Shown piece by piece: positions 23,892 through 33,505 of a stretch of 33,551 nt of DNA (position 1 is its first letter; each line of letters opens with the position of its first letter). Origin of the DNA: a virus (taxonomy: Duplodnaviria > Caudoviricetes); the IMG/VR virus record IMGVR_UViG_3300020042_004008, positions 1-33,551 of that record. One strand, 5' to 3'. Below the pieces are notes generated by a model. That model had not been told where the DNA came from and searched no databases. It was given only the letters and a program-made list of their open reading frames with translations. The position numbers and the translations under genes are program-made.

Positions 23892-25881
23892 AAAAAAAAT
23901 TATAGAGTTAGAGGTAAAGAGTAACTTAGGTTCTTTAAAATCACAATTACGTGAAGCACAGAACGATGTTAACCAATTAAGTGAAAGGTTTGGTGCAACA
24001 TCACAAGAGGCAATTAAAGCAGCGAAACGTGCAGCAGAATTAAAAGATGCTATTGGTGATGCTAAAGCATTAACGGATTCCTTTAACCCTGATGCTAAGT
24101 TTAATGCTTTATCGAGTTCAATCGGTGGAGTGCTTAATGGATTTCAAGCCTTTGAGGGTGCGTTAGGTTTAGTTGGTGTTGAGGGTGAAGCGGTGCAAGA
24201 AACATTACTTAAGGTGCAAAGTGCAATGGCTTTGTCACAAGGTATTCAAGGTATTGGTGAGGCAAGGGATTCGTTTAAACAATTAGGCGCAGTAATTGGT
24301 GATACATTTAAAGGTTTAAAAGGTGCTTTACTTGCTTCAGGTATTGGTTTATTTGTTGTGGCGGTTGGTGCTTTAGCTGCTAATTGGGATAAAGTTAAAA
24401 AGTCAATTTTAGGCGCAGAAACAGGACAAGAGGAATACAATAAAACTTTAGAAGATTATCGTAAAGGCGCACAGGATGCTATACTAAAAACAAACCAAGT
24501 TAAGAGCGCATTTGATTTAGCTAAACAAGGTGTAATAAGTAAAGAGGAAGCACTACAAACGTATAACGAAAGTTTAGGTGATGCGTTTGGTAAGGCTACA
24601 ACATTAGCGCAAGCAGAGGAACTTTATAATAGTAAAGCAAGTGCTTATGTAAAAGCTATGGGGTTACGTGCGCAAGCTAACGCATTATTTGCATTGTCAG
24701 CAGAGAAACAAGCGGAGGCAATAAGTTTGCAATTTGAGGATCAAACAACATTCTTAGATAAGACGTTAAACTCATTTAAAATTGCCAGCGGTGACATTGA
24801 AGGATTCCAAAAAGCGCAACAAAAAGACCAACAAAAAAGAGTAAAAGAGAATAGAAAATCTTTAGACGAACAATCTGAAGCGATAAGTAAGCAAGCGCAA
24901 AAATTATTACAAGATGCTGAAGTTACAGAAAATGCAGTAGGTATAAAATCCGAAGCTGAGATTAAGTTAGAAAGTGACAGAAAACAAAGACAAGAGGCAC
25001 AAAGACAAAGAAGGGAGGAAGATAAAAAAGCACAAGAGGAGGAGTTAAGAAGATTAGCGCAAATAGAGAAAGAACGTTTAGATAATATTCGAGAATTAGA
25101 GAATGAATTTAGAGCAGAATTAGAACAACAAAACGAGGAGTATAATAAAAAACAACTTAGCCAACAAGACCAAGATTTACAAGATGTGAACGATAAGTAT
25201 TTTAACCTTATTGAAAAGGCAAAACAATACAATATTGATACAACGGAATTAGAGGAGCAAAGGTTAAATGAATTAAATAATGTAAACCTAACTTACGCAC
25301 AACAAGAGTTAGCTTTAAATGAAGAAACTCAAAAAGCATTAGACGAACAAAACAAAGAAACAGCAGATAAGGAATTAGAAAGGCAAAAAGAATTACAACA
25401 AGCAAAGATAAGTTTAACAAAGCAAGGATTGACTTTAATTTCAGACCTTGCTGATTTATTCGGTAAAAAAGATGAGGCAAGCGCACGTAAAGCATTTAAG
25501 ATAAAAAAGGCTGCGAGTATTGCCACTGCTTTAATCGATACTTATCAAGGTGCTTCAAGTGCATTTGCTCAAACACCTGGAGGTATCGGAATAAAAACTA
25601 TTGCTGCTGGTATAGCAACTGCAAGCGGTTTAGTTCGTGTTGCTGCGATTGCTAAAACTAAATTTGAGGGTGGTAGTGCTAATGCACCAAGTGGTGGAGG
25701 TGGTGGTTCAGATAGTGGAGGTGCTTCTGTTAATGCTCCTAATTTTAATGTAGTGGGTAACAACGGACAAAACCAATTAGCGCAACTTTCACAACAACCT
25801 ATTCAAGCGTATGTAGTGAGTGGAGAAGTTACAAGCGCACAGGCTTTAGATAGAAATAGAATACAAAACGCAACACTTTAG
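23884..25881 (+). CDS. Tape measure protein
   Basis: 665 aa, Ala/Gly-rich amphipathic and hydrophobic segments, long E/Q/K coiled coil. Confidence 0.8.
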   Translation: MAEKKIIELEVKSNLGSLKSQLREAQNDVNQLSERFGATSQEAIKAAKRAAELKDAIGDAKALTDSFNPDAKFNALSSSIGGVLNGFQAFEGALGLVGVEGEAVQETLLKVQSAMALSQGIQGIGEARDSFKQLGAVIGDTFKGLKGALLASGIGLFVVAVGALAANWDKVKKSILGAETGQEEYNKTLEDYRKGAQDAILKTNQVKSAFDLAKQGVISKEEALQTYNESLGDAFGKATTLAQAEELYNSKASAYVKAMGLRAQANALFALSAEKQAEAISLQFEDQTTFLDKTLNSFKIASGDIEGFQKAQQKDQQKRVKENRKSLDEQSEAISKQAQKLLQDAEVTENAVGIKSEAEIKLESDRKQRQEAQRQRREEDKKAQEEELRRLAQIEKERLDNIRELENEFRAELEQQNEEYNKKQLSQQDQDLQDVNDKYFNLIEKAKQYNIDTTELEEQRLNELNNVNLTYAQQELALNEETQKALDEQNKETADKELERQKELQQAKISLTKQGLTLISDLADLFGKKDEASARKAFKIKKAASIATALIDTYQGASSAFAQTPGGIGIKTIAAGIATASGLVRVAAIAKTKFEGGSANAPSGGGGGSDSGGASVNAPNFNVVGNNGQNQLAQLSQQPIQAYVVSGEVTSAQALDRNRIQNATL

Positions 25882-25890
25882 GTTATAATA
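25862..25890 (+). promoter_or_regulatory. Putative late promoter
   Basis: TACAA-N14-GGTTATAATA, 2 nt before ATG 25893. Confidence 0.55.
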
Positions 25891-25892
25891 AT

Positions 25893-26483
25893 ATGGAAAA
25901 GTTACAAGATATTGAATTAACAATTAAAGACATTGAAAAGGATGGTGTCTTTGCTATTAGCTTAGTAGAAAATCCAGCTATTGAAGAAAATTGGGTACAT
26001 CTATCTTCACATCAAATTGAATTGAAAGTAGTTGATGAGGAAAAGAGAATCGTAGTAGGATATGCTTTGATTCCTGATAAAAAGATTTATCGTAAAGTTA
26101 AAGACAAAGAGTTTAATATTTTCTTTAGTGCAGAAACAGTAAGACATACTGCGGAACTTTATATGAAGCAATTAAACTTGAATAACGTAACAACTGAACA
26201 CGAGAATAAAATCGAGGGTGCAAGCGTTATTGAAAGTTGGATTACAGAAGATGAGAAGTACGACAAAGTAAATATGTACAACCTTAAACCAATCTTAGGT
26301 GGTTGGGCTGTAATGATGAAGATTTACAATGATGAGGAATGGCAAGCGGTAAAGCGTGGAGATTACAAAGGGTTTAGTATTGAGGGGAAGTATGAAGGTT
26401 TTGAACAGTTACAAAATAGTCATTCTATTGAAGATATTAGAGAAACTATTAAGAACATCATAAAAGATGGTTTAAATGGCTGA
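25893..26483 (+). CDS. Prohead protease (XkdF-like serine protease)
   Basis: ISLVENPAIE, EH, ESWI, KGFSIEG motif. Confidence 0.78.
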   Translation: MEKLQDIELTIKDIEKDGVFAISLVENPAIEENWVHLSSHQIELKVVDEEKRIVVGYALIPDKKIYRKVKDKEFNIFFSAETVRHTAELYMKQLNLNNVTTEHENKIEGASVIESWITEDEKYDKVNMYNLKPILGGWAVMMKIYNDEEWQAVKRGDYKGFSIEGKYEGFEQLQNSHSIEDIRETIKNIIKDGLNG

Positions 26484-26889
26484 GATTCCATATTTTGTAA
26501 GGTTTAAAGAAGTCACTACTTTAGTAGCTACAGATTCACTATTTTTAGATGATGTAGCAAGTGATGTGCCTAAAAAGATTGCTTTTAGTGATTTCGTTAC
26601 TGCGGTAGGTTTAGCACCATCAGGCACACCATACGTTGAAAAAACTGCTAACTATACTTTGACTCCATCCGATTTCACAGTAAATTGTACAAGTGGAACG
26701 TTTAATATTTCACTACCTACTGCAATAGGAATTACAGGTAGATGTTTTGAGATTACGAATACAGGGAGTGGAGTTATTACATTAGATGCTTTTGGGATCG
26801 AAACAATACAAGGAGATTTAACACAAACAATATACCAAGATGAGTGCTTTGTCATTCGGTCAACAGGTGCAAATTGGATAGTAGTATGA
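26476..26889 (+). CDS. Virion structural protein
   Basis: KTANYTL..ISLPTA..G beta module seen in fibre and decoration proteins. Confidence 0.55.
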   Translation: MAEIPYFVRFKEVTTLVATDSLFLDDVASDVPKKIAFSDFVTAVGLAPSGTPYVEKTANYTLTPSDFTVNCTSGTFNISLPTAIGITGRCFEITNTGSGVITLDAFGIETIQGDLTQTIYQDECFVIRSTGANWIVV

Positions 26890-28163
26890 GTTTATTAAGA
26901 CGTTTAAATATATTCGGTGCAACGAGTGGTAATGGTGCTGAGGTAACAGATGCAAATGAGTTAAAGGTATTACCTACAATGAACTTAGATGCCTTTGCGA
27001 GGTTGCGAGTATCAAATCCTCAAACAGTATTCGATAGTAAACAAGTATCAGATACTCAGACTTTGTTTTGGGATGATCAACAGATAAGCGGTTCAGGAAC
27101 AACAACAACATACAACACAAACCAAGCAAGTACAACTATAGCGGTAAGTAATGCAACTGCTGGGGTTAGGGCACGACAAACATACAGACATTTTAATTAT
27201 CAGAGTGGTAAAAGTCAGTTGATTATTTTAACTGCGATTATGGGTACTGCTGGAAGTGGAATAACGAAACGATTAGGACAGTTTAATTCTAAGAATGGGT
27301 TATTTTTTCAGTACGCAAATTCAGTTTTAAGTGTCAATGTTAGAACTTTCACAAGCGGTTCAGCAGTTACAACAACTATAAACCAATCAAGTTGGAATAT
27401 TGATAAGTTGGATGGAACGGGTGCGAGTGGAATAACATTAGACCTTACTAAAACTTTGATATACTTCATGGATTATGAGTGGTTGGGAGTTGGTACTATT
27501 CGCTTTGGATTCTTTGTTGATGGTGCACCTTACTACTGTCATTCGGTTCATAACTCAAATATAAATACTTTAGTTTATATGAGTACTCCAAACCTACCAT
27601 TGAGATATGAGATAACTAATAGTGGTGCGGGTACGGCAAGCAGTTTAGTACATATTTGTTCTACTGTTATTACTGAGGGAGGTAGAACAGATGTAGGTTA
27701 TCCGAGAAGTTTGAACAGAGCGACAAACACACTTACAACTAACAATGATGCTTTGATTTATCCATTGATTGCCTTGCGTTTAAAGAGTGGTTATTTAGGT
27801 GCTTTAGTTCGATTGTTAAACTTATCAATAGAATGTACATCAGCATCAACATACGCTTACTACATTATTTTAAACCCAACAGTTACTGGCACTGCGTTTA
27901 GTTGGATATCATTAACCAATAGTGCAATTGAATACGCTTACCCAACAAACGCAACAACGATAAGCGGAGGCACAGAATTACTAACGGGACTTGCAACAGA
28001 TACAAATACTGTAACTTCAGGAGCAGATGCTTTGTTAGACACAGATTTCGTTATAGGTTCGTCAATTTCAGAAGTTTCAGATATTGTAGCTATTGGAGTT
28101 CAGAGATTAGCTGGTACAACAGAAACATTTTACTCATCAGTAAATTTTAGAGAAACAGTATGA
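26886..28163 (+). CDS. Beta-rich virion protein (spike / decoration / lectin-like)
   Basis: Start ATG 26886 (ATGA overlap); DAFARLRVS, WNIDKLDG.G.SG, EWLGVG; T/S-rich. Confidence 0.6.
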   Translation: MSLLRRLNIFGATSGNGAEVTDANELKVLPTMNLDAFARLRVSNPQTVFDSKQVSDTQTLFWDDQQISGSGTTTTYNTNQASTTIAVSNATAGVRARQTYRHFNYQSGKSQLIILTAIMGTAGSGITKRLGQFNSKNGLFFQYANSVLSVNVRTFTSGSAVTTTINQSSWNIDKLDGTGASGITLDLTKTLIYFMDYEWLGVGTIRFGFFVDGAPYYCHSVHNSNINTLVYMSTPNLPLRYEITNSGAGTASSLVHICSTVITEGGRTDVGYPRSLNRATNTLTTNNDALIYPLIALRLKSGYLGALVRLLNLSIECTSASTYAYYIILNPTVTGTAFSWISLTNSAIEYAYPTNATTISGGTELLTGLATDTNTVTSGADALLDTDFVIGSSISEVSDIVAIGVQRLAGTTETFYSSVNFRETV

Positions 28164-28453
28164 TAACAACGGGAATACAATTAACAAGCAGTACAAGAGG
28201 TTTGCTTTTTATCTTAAACGATTATGCACCTATTTTAGGGTTTAGTAAGTTTTTTAGGGTGCAAGATACTGTACAAAATGTTGCTTTAAAAAGTACATGG
28301 ATTGAATACACCACCAACGATGGTAAGACGTTTGCAATATCTCATATTTACGATGCTTTGCAACCTAATATACTAAAAGTTGAAAGTGTAAACGGAGTTG
28401 CCCCTACATCTGTAAGTGACTTGTTTGATAAACTTTATACTATACTGTCATAA
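28160..28453 (+). CDS. Hypothetical protein
   Basis: 97 aa, coupled on both sides. Confidence 0.65.
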   Translation: MITTGIQLTSSTRGLLFILNDYAPILGFSKFFRVQDTVQNVALKSTWIEYTTNDGKTFAISHIYDALQPNILKVESVNGVAPTSVSDLFDKLYTILS

Positions 28454-28938
28454 TGGAATTAAAAGTAAACGATATTTTAGTATGTGTAGGTAAGTCACAA
28501 CTTAGTAAAACTATTTTAAAGGCTACAAACGGACAATGGTCTCATACTGCACAGGTTATTGAATTAAATGGTAAAACTTATATTTTCGATGCACAAGAGG
28601 GTGGATGTATGCCACGTTTGTACGATGTATGGATGCGTGAATTTGATTATGAGTATGTAGTATTTAGGAATCCTAATACAACGAATGACTTAAGTGATTG
28701 GTTTATGCAGTTTAGCGGTGTTAGATACGATAAAAAAGGGTTTGCTTTAGGTTTAGGAAAGTCTTTGATAAAAAATATCTTTAAAACTAAGGACACTATG
28801 CACCAAAGATATAGAAACAATGGTTTGTTTTGGTGTTCAGAGTTAACAATGAAGCCTTATGTAAACGATCCTGAGCAATACGCACCGCAAGATGTTTATG
28901 ATTTTTTGATTAGAAATAAATGGTTACAAATAAAATAA
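28453..28938 (+). CDS. Permuted papain-like NlpC/P60 enzyme (YiiX/YaeF family)
   Basis: N-terminal WSH, middle G.RYD, C-terminal WCSEL (His before Cys). Confidence 0.78.
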   Translation: MELKVNDILVCVGKSQLSKTILKATNGQWSHTAQVIELNGKTYIFDAQEGGCMPRLYDVWMREFDYEYVVFRNPNTTNDLSDWFMQFSGVRYDKKGFALGLGKSLIKNIFKTKDTMHQRYRNNGLFWCSELTMKPYVNDPEQYAPQDVYDFLIRNKWLQIK

Positions 28939-28944
28939 TAAATT

Positions 28945-29124
28945 ATGGCAAAGAAAGCAAGTCCAGTAGGAGGTAAAAAAGGTTGTTTATGTGATGATGG
29001 TACATACAACGTTAAATGTTGCACAGGCGAGTTAAAAGCACAAGGAATAGGAGCAACAACAGAACACACAATTAGCAATGTTAACCATACTATTGAGGTA
29101 AGGGTAACATCTAATGAACGTTAA
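28945..29124 (+). CDS. Small Cys-rich protein (59 aa, SPVGGKKGCLC..CC..QGIG)
   Basis: Not in the ORF track; A-rich leader; fills the gap on the + strand. Confidence 0.65.
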   Translation: MAKKASPVGGKKGCLCDDGTYNVKCCTGELKAQGIGATTEHTISNVNHTIEVRVTSNER

Positions 29125-29130
29125 AAATGT

Positions 29131-29158
29131 TACAAGCAAAAAAAACAAGGTTATAATA
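29131..29158 (+). promoter_or_regulatory. Putative late promoter
   Basis: TACAA-N13-GGTTATAATA upstream of the scaffold and capsid genes. Confidence 0.6.
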
Positions 29159-29175
29159 TTAAACGAAGTAGAAAA

Positions 29176-29769
29176 ATGAAAAATTCAAGCAAAATATTAA
29201 AGTCTATTATGGTAGCTTTAGGTATGGAGGTAAAACTCGAACAAATGATGTTGATGGATGGAGTGACTAAAATTGAGGCTGATTCATTCGCACCTGATAT
29301 GGAGGTTTTCATCCTTACAGAAGATGAGCAAAAAATTCCATTACCTGTAAACCAAGAAGGACAACCATACGAATTAGAAGATGGTAGATTACTTAACGTA
29401 GTAGTTGAAGGTATCATTGAATCAATTATGGATGCACCAATGGAAGAAGAAGAAGTAGCAGAGGAGGAAGTAGCAGAAGTTGAAGCAGAGAAAGCAACAA
29501 CAGCACCTACACCAAAATCTATTATCGAATCTACATCTAAAGAGTACAAATTCTCTATGGAGGAAATGGAAGCTAAAATTGTAGAATTAGAAGCTAAGAT
29601 TTTAGAGTTAACAAAAGTTGAGGAGGAGGAAGTAGAATTGAGTGAAACACCTAAGCCTATTTCTTTTAACCCTGAAAATGTAAACGAATTAGAACTAGTT
29701 GGTTTATCAGAGAAAGCACCAAAAGGTCGTAGAGATTCTATTTTGGAATCAATATACAATAGTAAATAA
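29176..29769 (+). CDS. Capsid scaffolding protein
   Basis: Very acidic, coiled-coil C-terminal half, directly before the major capsid gene. Confidence 0.7.
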   Translation: MKNSSKILKSIMVALGMEVKLEQMMLMDGVTKIEADSFAPDMEVFILTEDEQKIPLPVNQEGQPYELEDGRLLNVVVEGIIESIMDAPMEEEEVAEEEVAEVEAEKATTAPTPKSIIESTSKEYKFSMEEMEAKIVELEAKILELTKVEEEEVELSETPKPISFNPENVNELELVGLSEKAPKGRRDSILESIYNSK

Positions 29770-29786
29770 TAAAACAAAAATAAGAA

Positions 29787-30743
29787 ATGGCAACAACAAC
29801 AAACATTACAACTACATACGCTGGACAAGATTCTAAGCTATGGGTACGTGCTGCGCTTTTAAGTGGTAACACATTGAGCAATGGAGGTATGACAATCGTA
29901 CCAAACATTGCTTACAAAGCAGTGATGCACAAACTTGCAATTGATGGACTTTTAAAAGATTCTACTTGCGACTTTACACCACTTTCAACTATCGACTTAA
30001 CAGAACGTTATTTAACGATTGAAAATTTCCAAGTTAACTTGAACTTGTGTAAAAAAGATTTCTACGCTACTTGGCAAGCTGAGGAAATGGGTTATTCTGC
30101 AAACAAAGTTTTAGCAAAATCATTTACTGATTATTTGTTAGCTTACGTTTCTGATAAAGTTTCTCAAGAAATTGAGATTGCTATTTGGAGAGGTGCTGCT
30201 GCAACTTCAGGACAAATTGATGGTATCGTTACTTTATTAACTACTGATGCTGCATTACCAACTGCTAACGAAGTAGCTGGAACAACTGTAACTGCTGCTA
30301 ACGTAATTACTGAGTTAGGTAAAATTGTAGATGCAATTCCAGCTGCACTTTATGGTAGAGATGATTTGAGAATATATGTACCACAAAACATTGCTAAGGC
30401 TTATGTAAGAGCATTGGGTGGATTCGGAGCAAGTGGATTAGGTGCTAATGGTTCTAACAATCAAGGGACACAATGGTATTCTAACATGAGTGCTTTGTCT
30501 TTTGATGGTATTCAAATGTTCGTAGCAAATGGTTTAGCTTCAAACGTAGCAATCGCAACAACTACTGATAACTTGTTTTTCGGTTGTGGTTTGTTGAATG
30601 ATGCAAACGAGGTTAAAGTAATTGATACTGCTGAAACATTAGGAGATCAAAACGTGAGAATCGTTTTACGTGCTGGAATGGCAGTTAACTATCATTCAGT
30701 ATCAGACATCGTTACTTACGGAATCACAAACGCAGCTAACTAA
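29787..30743 (+). CDS. Major capsid protein
   Basis: 318 aa after the scaffold, strong codon bias, terminator follows; AIWRG..DG motif. Confidence 0.8.
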   Translation: MATTTNITTTYAGQDSKLWVRAALLSGNTLSNGGMTIVPNIAYKAVMHKLAIDGLLKDSTCDFTPLSTIDLTERYLTIENFQVNLNLCKKDFYATWQAEEMGYSANKVLAKSFTDYLLAYVSDKVSQEIEIAIWRGAAATSGQIDGIVTLLTTDAALPTANEVAGTTVTAANVITELGKIVDAIPAALYGRDDLRIYVPQNIAKAYVRALGGFGASGLGANGSNNQGTQWYSNMSALSFDGIQMFVANGLASNVAIATTTDNLFFGCGLLNDANEVKVIDTAETLGDQNVRIVLRAGMAVNYHSVSDIVTYGITNAAN

Positions 30744-30762
30744 TTAACTAAATTATAAACTT

Positions 30763-30794
30763 AAAGGGTGGTGCAATATACACCGCCCTTTTTT
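30763..30794 (+). terminator. Intrinsic terminator
   Basis: AAAGGGTGGTG-loop-CACCGCCCTTT followed by a T-run. Confidence 0.85.
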
Positions 30795-30808
30795 AATACT
30801 AAAAAATT

Positions 30809-31354
30809 ATGGCTTGTGATATAGCAAATGGTAGAGCAGAGGTTTGTAAAGATGCAGTAGGTGGTATTGATGCAATTTATTTCATTAACTATGGAATTGA
30901 GGCAGCAGATATTACTTACGATGTAACGAATACAGACGTAATAGATGCAGTAACAGGAGTTGCGAGTATCTATAAATACGAATTAAAAGGTACTAACACA
31001 ATGAGCCAGGTAATTACACCTTCTCGTGAAAATGGTACTACATTCGTAGAACAAACGATTACAGCTGAGTTAAAGAAACAAGACATCACTACGCATAAAA
31101 ACGTTAAATTGATGGCTTACGGAAGACCTCACGTAATTGTTAAAACAAGAAACAACCAATACTACTTATGTGGTTTAAATTGGGGTATGGAGTTAACAAC
31201 TGCTTCAGTAGAAAACGGTACTGCATTAGGTGATTTCACAGGTTACAAACTTACACTTGTAGGTTCTGAGAAATTACTTGCTAACTTAATTGATGTAACA
31301 ACAGATGCTGCATTAGCTACGGCTTTTGATGATGCAACTATTGTATTGGCATAA
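30809..31354 (+). CDS. Major tail tube protein
   Basis: MAC..G...CKD..GGI, SRENGTTF.EQ, G.DFTGY.LT; highly expressed codon style; own terminator. Confidence 0.7.
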   Translation: MACDIANGRAEVCKDAVGGIDAIYFINYGIEAADITYDVTNTDVIDAVTGVASIYKYELKGTNTMSQVITPSRENGTTFVEQTITAELKKQDITTHKNVKLMAYGRPHVIVKTRNNQYYLCGLNWGMELTTASVENGTALGDFTGYKLTLVGSEKLLANLIDVTTDAALATAFDDATIVLA

Positions 31355-31377
31355 GATTAAACTAAACTAAAAAAATC

Positions 31378-31405
31378 AGGGAGTGCAGTTTGTACTCCCT
31401 TTTTT
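31378..31405 (+). terminator. Intrinsic terminator
   Basis: AGGGAGTGCA-GTT-TGTACTCCCT followed by a T-run. Confidence 0.85.
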
Positions 31406-31407
31406 AA

Positions 31408-31435
31408 TACAAAAACTTTAATTTTGGTTATATTA
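31408..31435 (+). promoter_or_regulatory. Putative late promoter
   Basis: TACAA-N13-GGTTATATTA directly after the terminator and 2 nt before ATG 31438. Confidence 0.6.
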
Positions 31436-31437
31436 GT

Positions 31438-31770
31438 ATGATAGTATTAACAACAGATACAGGCAGTCAGTTTTTCCATTGCATACCACGTTCAAACGAT
31501 ATTGATGGTATGTTTATTACTGATGAGCAAACGAATGTAACTACTGAAGTAACTATTATAGCTTTAGCGGTTGGTGATTATACTACCATAGTAGAGGCAG
31601 AATTTGAGTTAATAGAAAACCATACTTACGTGCTACAATTGAGAAACGGAACAGATGTATTATTTTACGATAAGATATTTTGTACAGACCAACCAATTGT
31701 AACTTTTAGTGTTAACGATGGAACGTATGTAAGTAACACAACAACAAATGAATTTATAGTTTATGAGTGA
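31438..31770 (+). CDS. Putative head closure / structural protein
   Basis: 110 aa, beta-rich, before the portal gene. Confidence 0.5.
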   Translation: MIVLTTDTGSQFFHCIPRSNDIDGMFITDEQTNVTTEVTIIALAVGDYTTIVEAEFELIENHTYVLQLRNGTDVLFYDKIFCTDQPIVTFSVNDGTYVSNTTTNEFIVYE

Positions 31771-33505
31771 GAACTTTAATATCTTTAATTTATCGGCTTA
31801 TGTAAGTCCTACAATTAAAGAATCAAATAGTAATGATTGGGTTTTATTAGGTGAGAATAATAGTTATTTTCAGTATCTTATAGACTGCTATAATAATAGT
31901 ACTACAAATTCTGCAATTATAAACAATGTAAGCAAATTAGTTTATGGTAGAGGTTTAAGCGCATTAGATGCCAGCAGAAAACCAAACGAATACGCACAAC
32001 TAAAAACATTAATTTCTGATAACGATTTACGCAAGGTTATTGTAGATAGAAAAATGTTAGGGCAATTTGCATTACAAGTATTTTACTCTAAGGACAGAAA
32101 AAAGATTTTAAAAGCTTATCACATACCTGTGCAATTATTAGCACCTGAGAAATGCAATAAGGATGGAGAAATTGAAGCGTACTACTATTCTGATAATTGG
32201 GCAGAGCCTCGTAAATTTAAACCTAAAAGATTAGATGCTTTTGGTTTTGGATCGGGAGAAATTGAGATACTTTACTTTAAGCCTTATTCAGTAGGTTTGA
32301 AATATTTTGCTAATGTTGATTATATCGGTGGGTTGCCTTATTCGGTTTTAGAATCAGATATTGCAGACTATTTGATTAATGATGTACAGAACGGATTTAG
32401 TGGTACTAAAATAGTAAACTTTAATAACGGAGTTGTACCACAAGAGGAGAAACAAATAGAGTTAAGTAATAGAGTAAAATCCAAGTTAACAGGAACAAAA
32501 GGACAAAAGGTTATTGTATCATTCAATGCAAATAAAGAGAATGAAACAACTGTAACTGACATTCCATTAAACGATGCTCCTGAACACTACCAATATTTAG
32601 CAACTGAGGCAATGCAGAAAATTATGCTTAGTCATAACGTTACAAGTCCATTATTATTTGGTATTGCTACAACAACAGGTTTTAGTTCAAATGCAGATGA
32701 GTTAAAAAATAGTTTTATCTTATTTGACAATATGGTAATTAAACCTTACCAAGATGAAGTAATTGAAGCTATTGAAATGTTGTTAGGATTTAATGGTATT
32801 AGCTTAAAACTTTATTTCAAGACATTACAACCTTTAGAGTTTACCGATTTAGAGAACGCACAAAACCAAGAGCAAGTAGCAGAGGAAACAGGGGTAGAAA
32901 TGAGTGCGCAAAGTTGGGTTGATAGTTATGGTGAGGTTGGTGATGATAGCTGGATTTTAATTGATGCCTTTGATGATGATGGTAGCGATGAGTTCGATTT
33001 TGAAAAAGTTAAACTTAGCAGACAATTACTAAACTTTGTTAAAACAGGCAAAGCGAATCCAATGGCTAAGAGTGAGCAAGATGATGTGGTAAAAGATGTG
33101 AAATTTATGACTCGTTATCGTTACACAGGGCTATTAAAAGAAAACTCAAGACCATTTTGTAAAGCAATGTTACAAGCTAATAAGTTGTACAGAAAAGAGG
33201 ATATTATAGCAATGGGTGAAGATCCAAATGTTAACCCAGGTTGGGGTCCTGGTAATGGTGATAAAAATCGCTATTCGGTATGGAAATATAAGGGCGGAGG
33301 CGGCTGCCACCATAGTTTTAGAAGGGAAGTTTACGCATCACTAAACACAGACAGAGTTAGTCCATTATCAAACGATGCTGTAAAAATAGCAACGTCAACA
33401 GCAGAGAAAAGAGGTTATAAAATTAGAAACCCATTCGAGGTATCTATACAACCAAAGAATTTACCTTTTAATGGCTTTTTACCAACTAACAAAAGATTTC
33501 AATAA
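31763..33505 (+). CDS. Portal protein with C-terminal extension
   Basis: Portal-like core (NSTTNSAII, H.VTSP.LFGI, VIKPYQ), then an acidic linker and an RPFC...GGGGCHH domain. Confidence 0.78.
   Translation: MSENFNIFNLSAYVSPTIKESNSNDWVLLGENNSYFQYLIDCYNNSTTNSAIINNVSKLVYGRGLSALDASRKPNEYAQLKTLISDNDLRKVIVDRKMLGQFALQVFYSKDRKKILKAYHIPVQLLAPEKCNKDGEIEAYYYSDNWAEPRKFKPKRLDAFGFGSGEIEILYFKPYSVGLKYFANVDYIGGLPYSVLESDIADYLINDVQNGFSGTKIVNFNNGVVPQEEKQIELSNRVKSKLTGTKGQKVIVSFNANKENETTVTDIPLNDAPEHYQYLATEAMQKIMLSHNVTSPLLFGIATTTGFSSNADELKNSFILFDNMVIKPYQDEVIEAIEMLLGFNGISLKLYFKTLQPLEFTDLENAQNQEQVAEETGVEMSAQSWVDSYGEVGDDSWILIDAFDDDGSDEFDFEKVKLSRQLLNFVKTGKANPMAKSEQDDVVKDVKFMTRYRYTGLLKENSRPFCKAMLQANKLYRKEDIIAMGEDPNVNPGWGPGNGDKNRYSVWKYKGGGGCHHSFRREVYASLNTDRVSPLSNDAVKIATSTAEKRGYKIRNPFEVSIQPKNLPFNGFLPTNKRFQ

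Noticed and set aside
535-32562. All minus-strand ORFs in the track (e.g. 11426-11893, 24741-25232, 29151-29828) and nested 6097-6279
   Set aside because: They overlap well-supported + strand genes, have low-complexity S/F/L-rich translations, and show no recognisable motifs.
75-33505. Stop-codon reassignment, diversity-generating retroelement or tRNA genes
   Set aside because: Genes are full length and tightly packed in the standard code with TAA, TGA and TAG all used as stops. I saw no reverse transcriptase, template/variable repeat pair or cloverleaf by eye.
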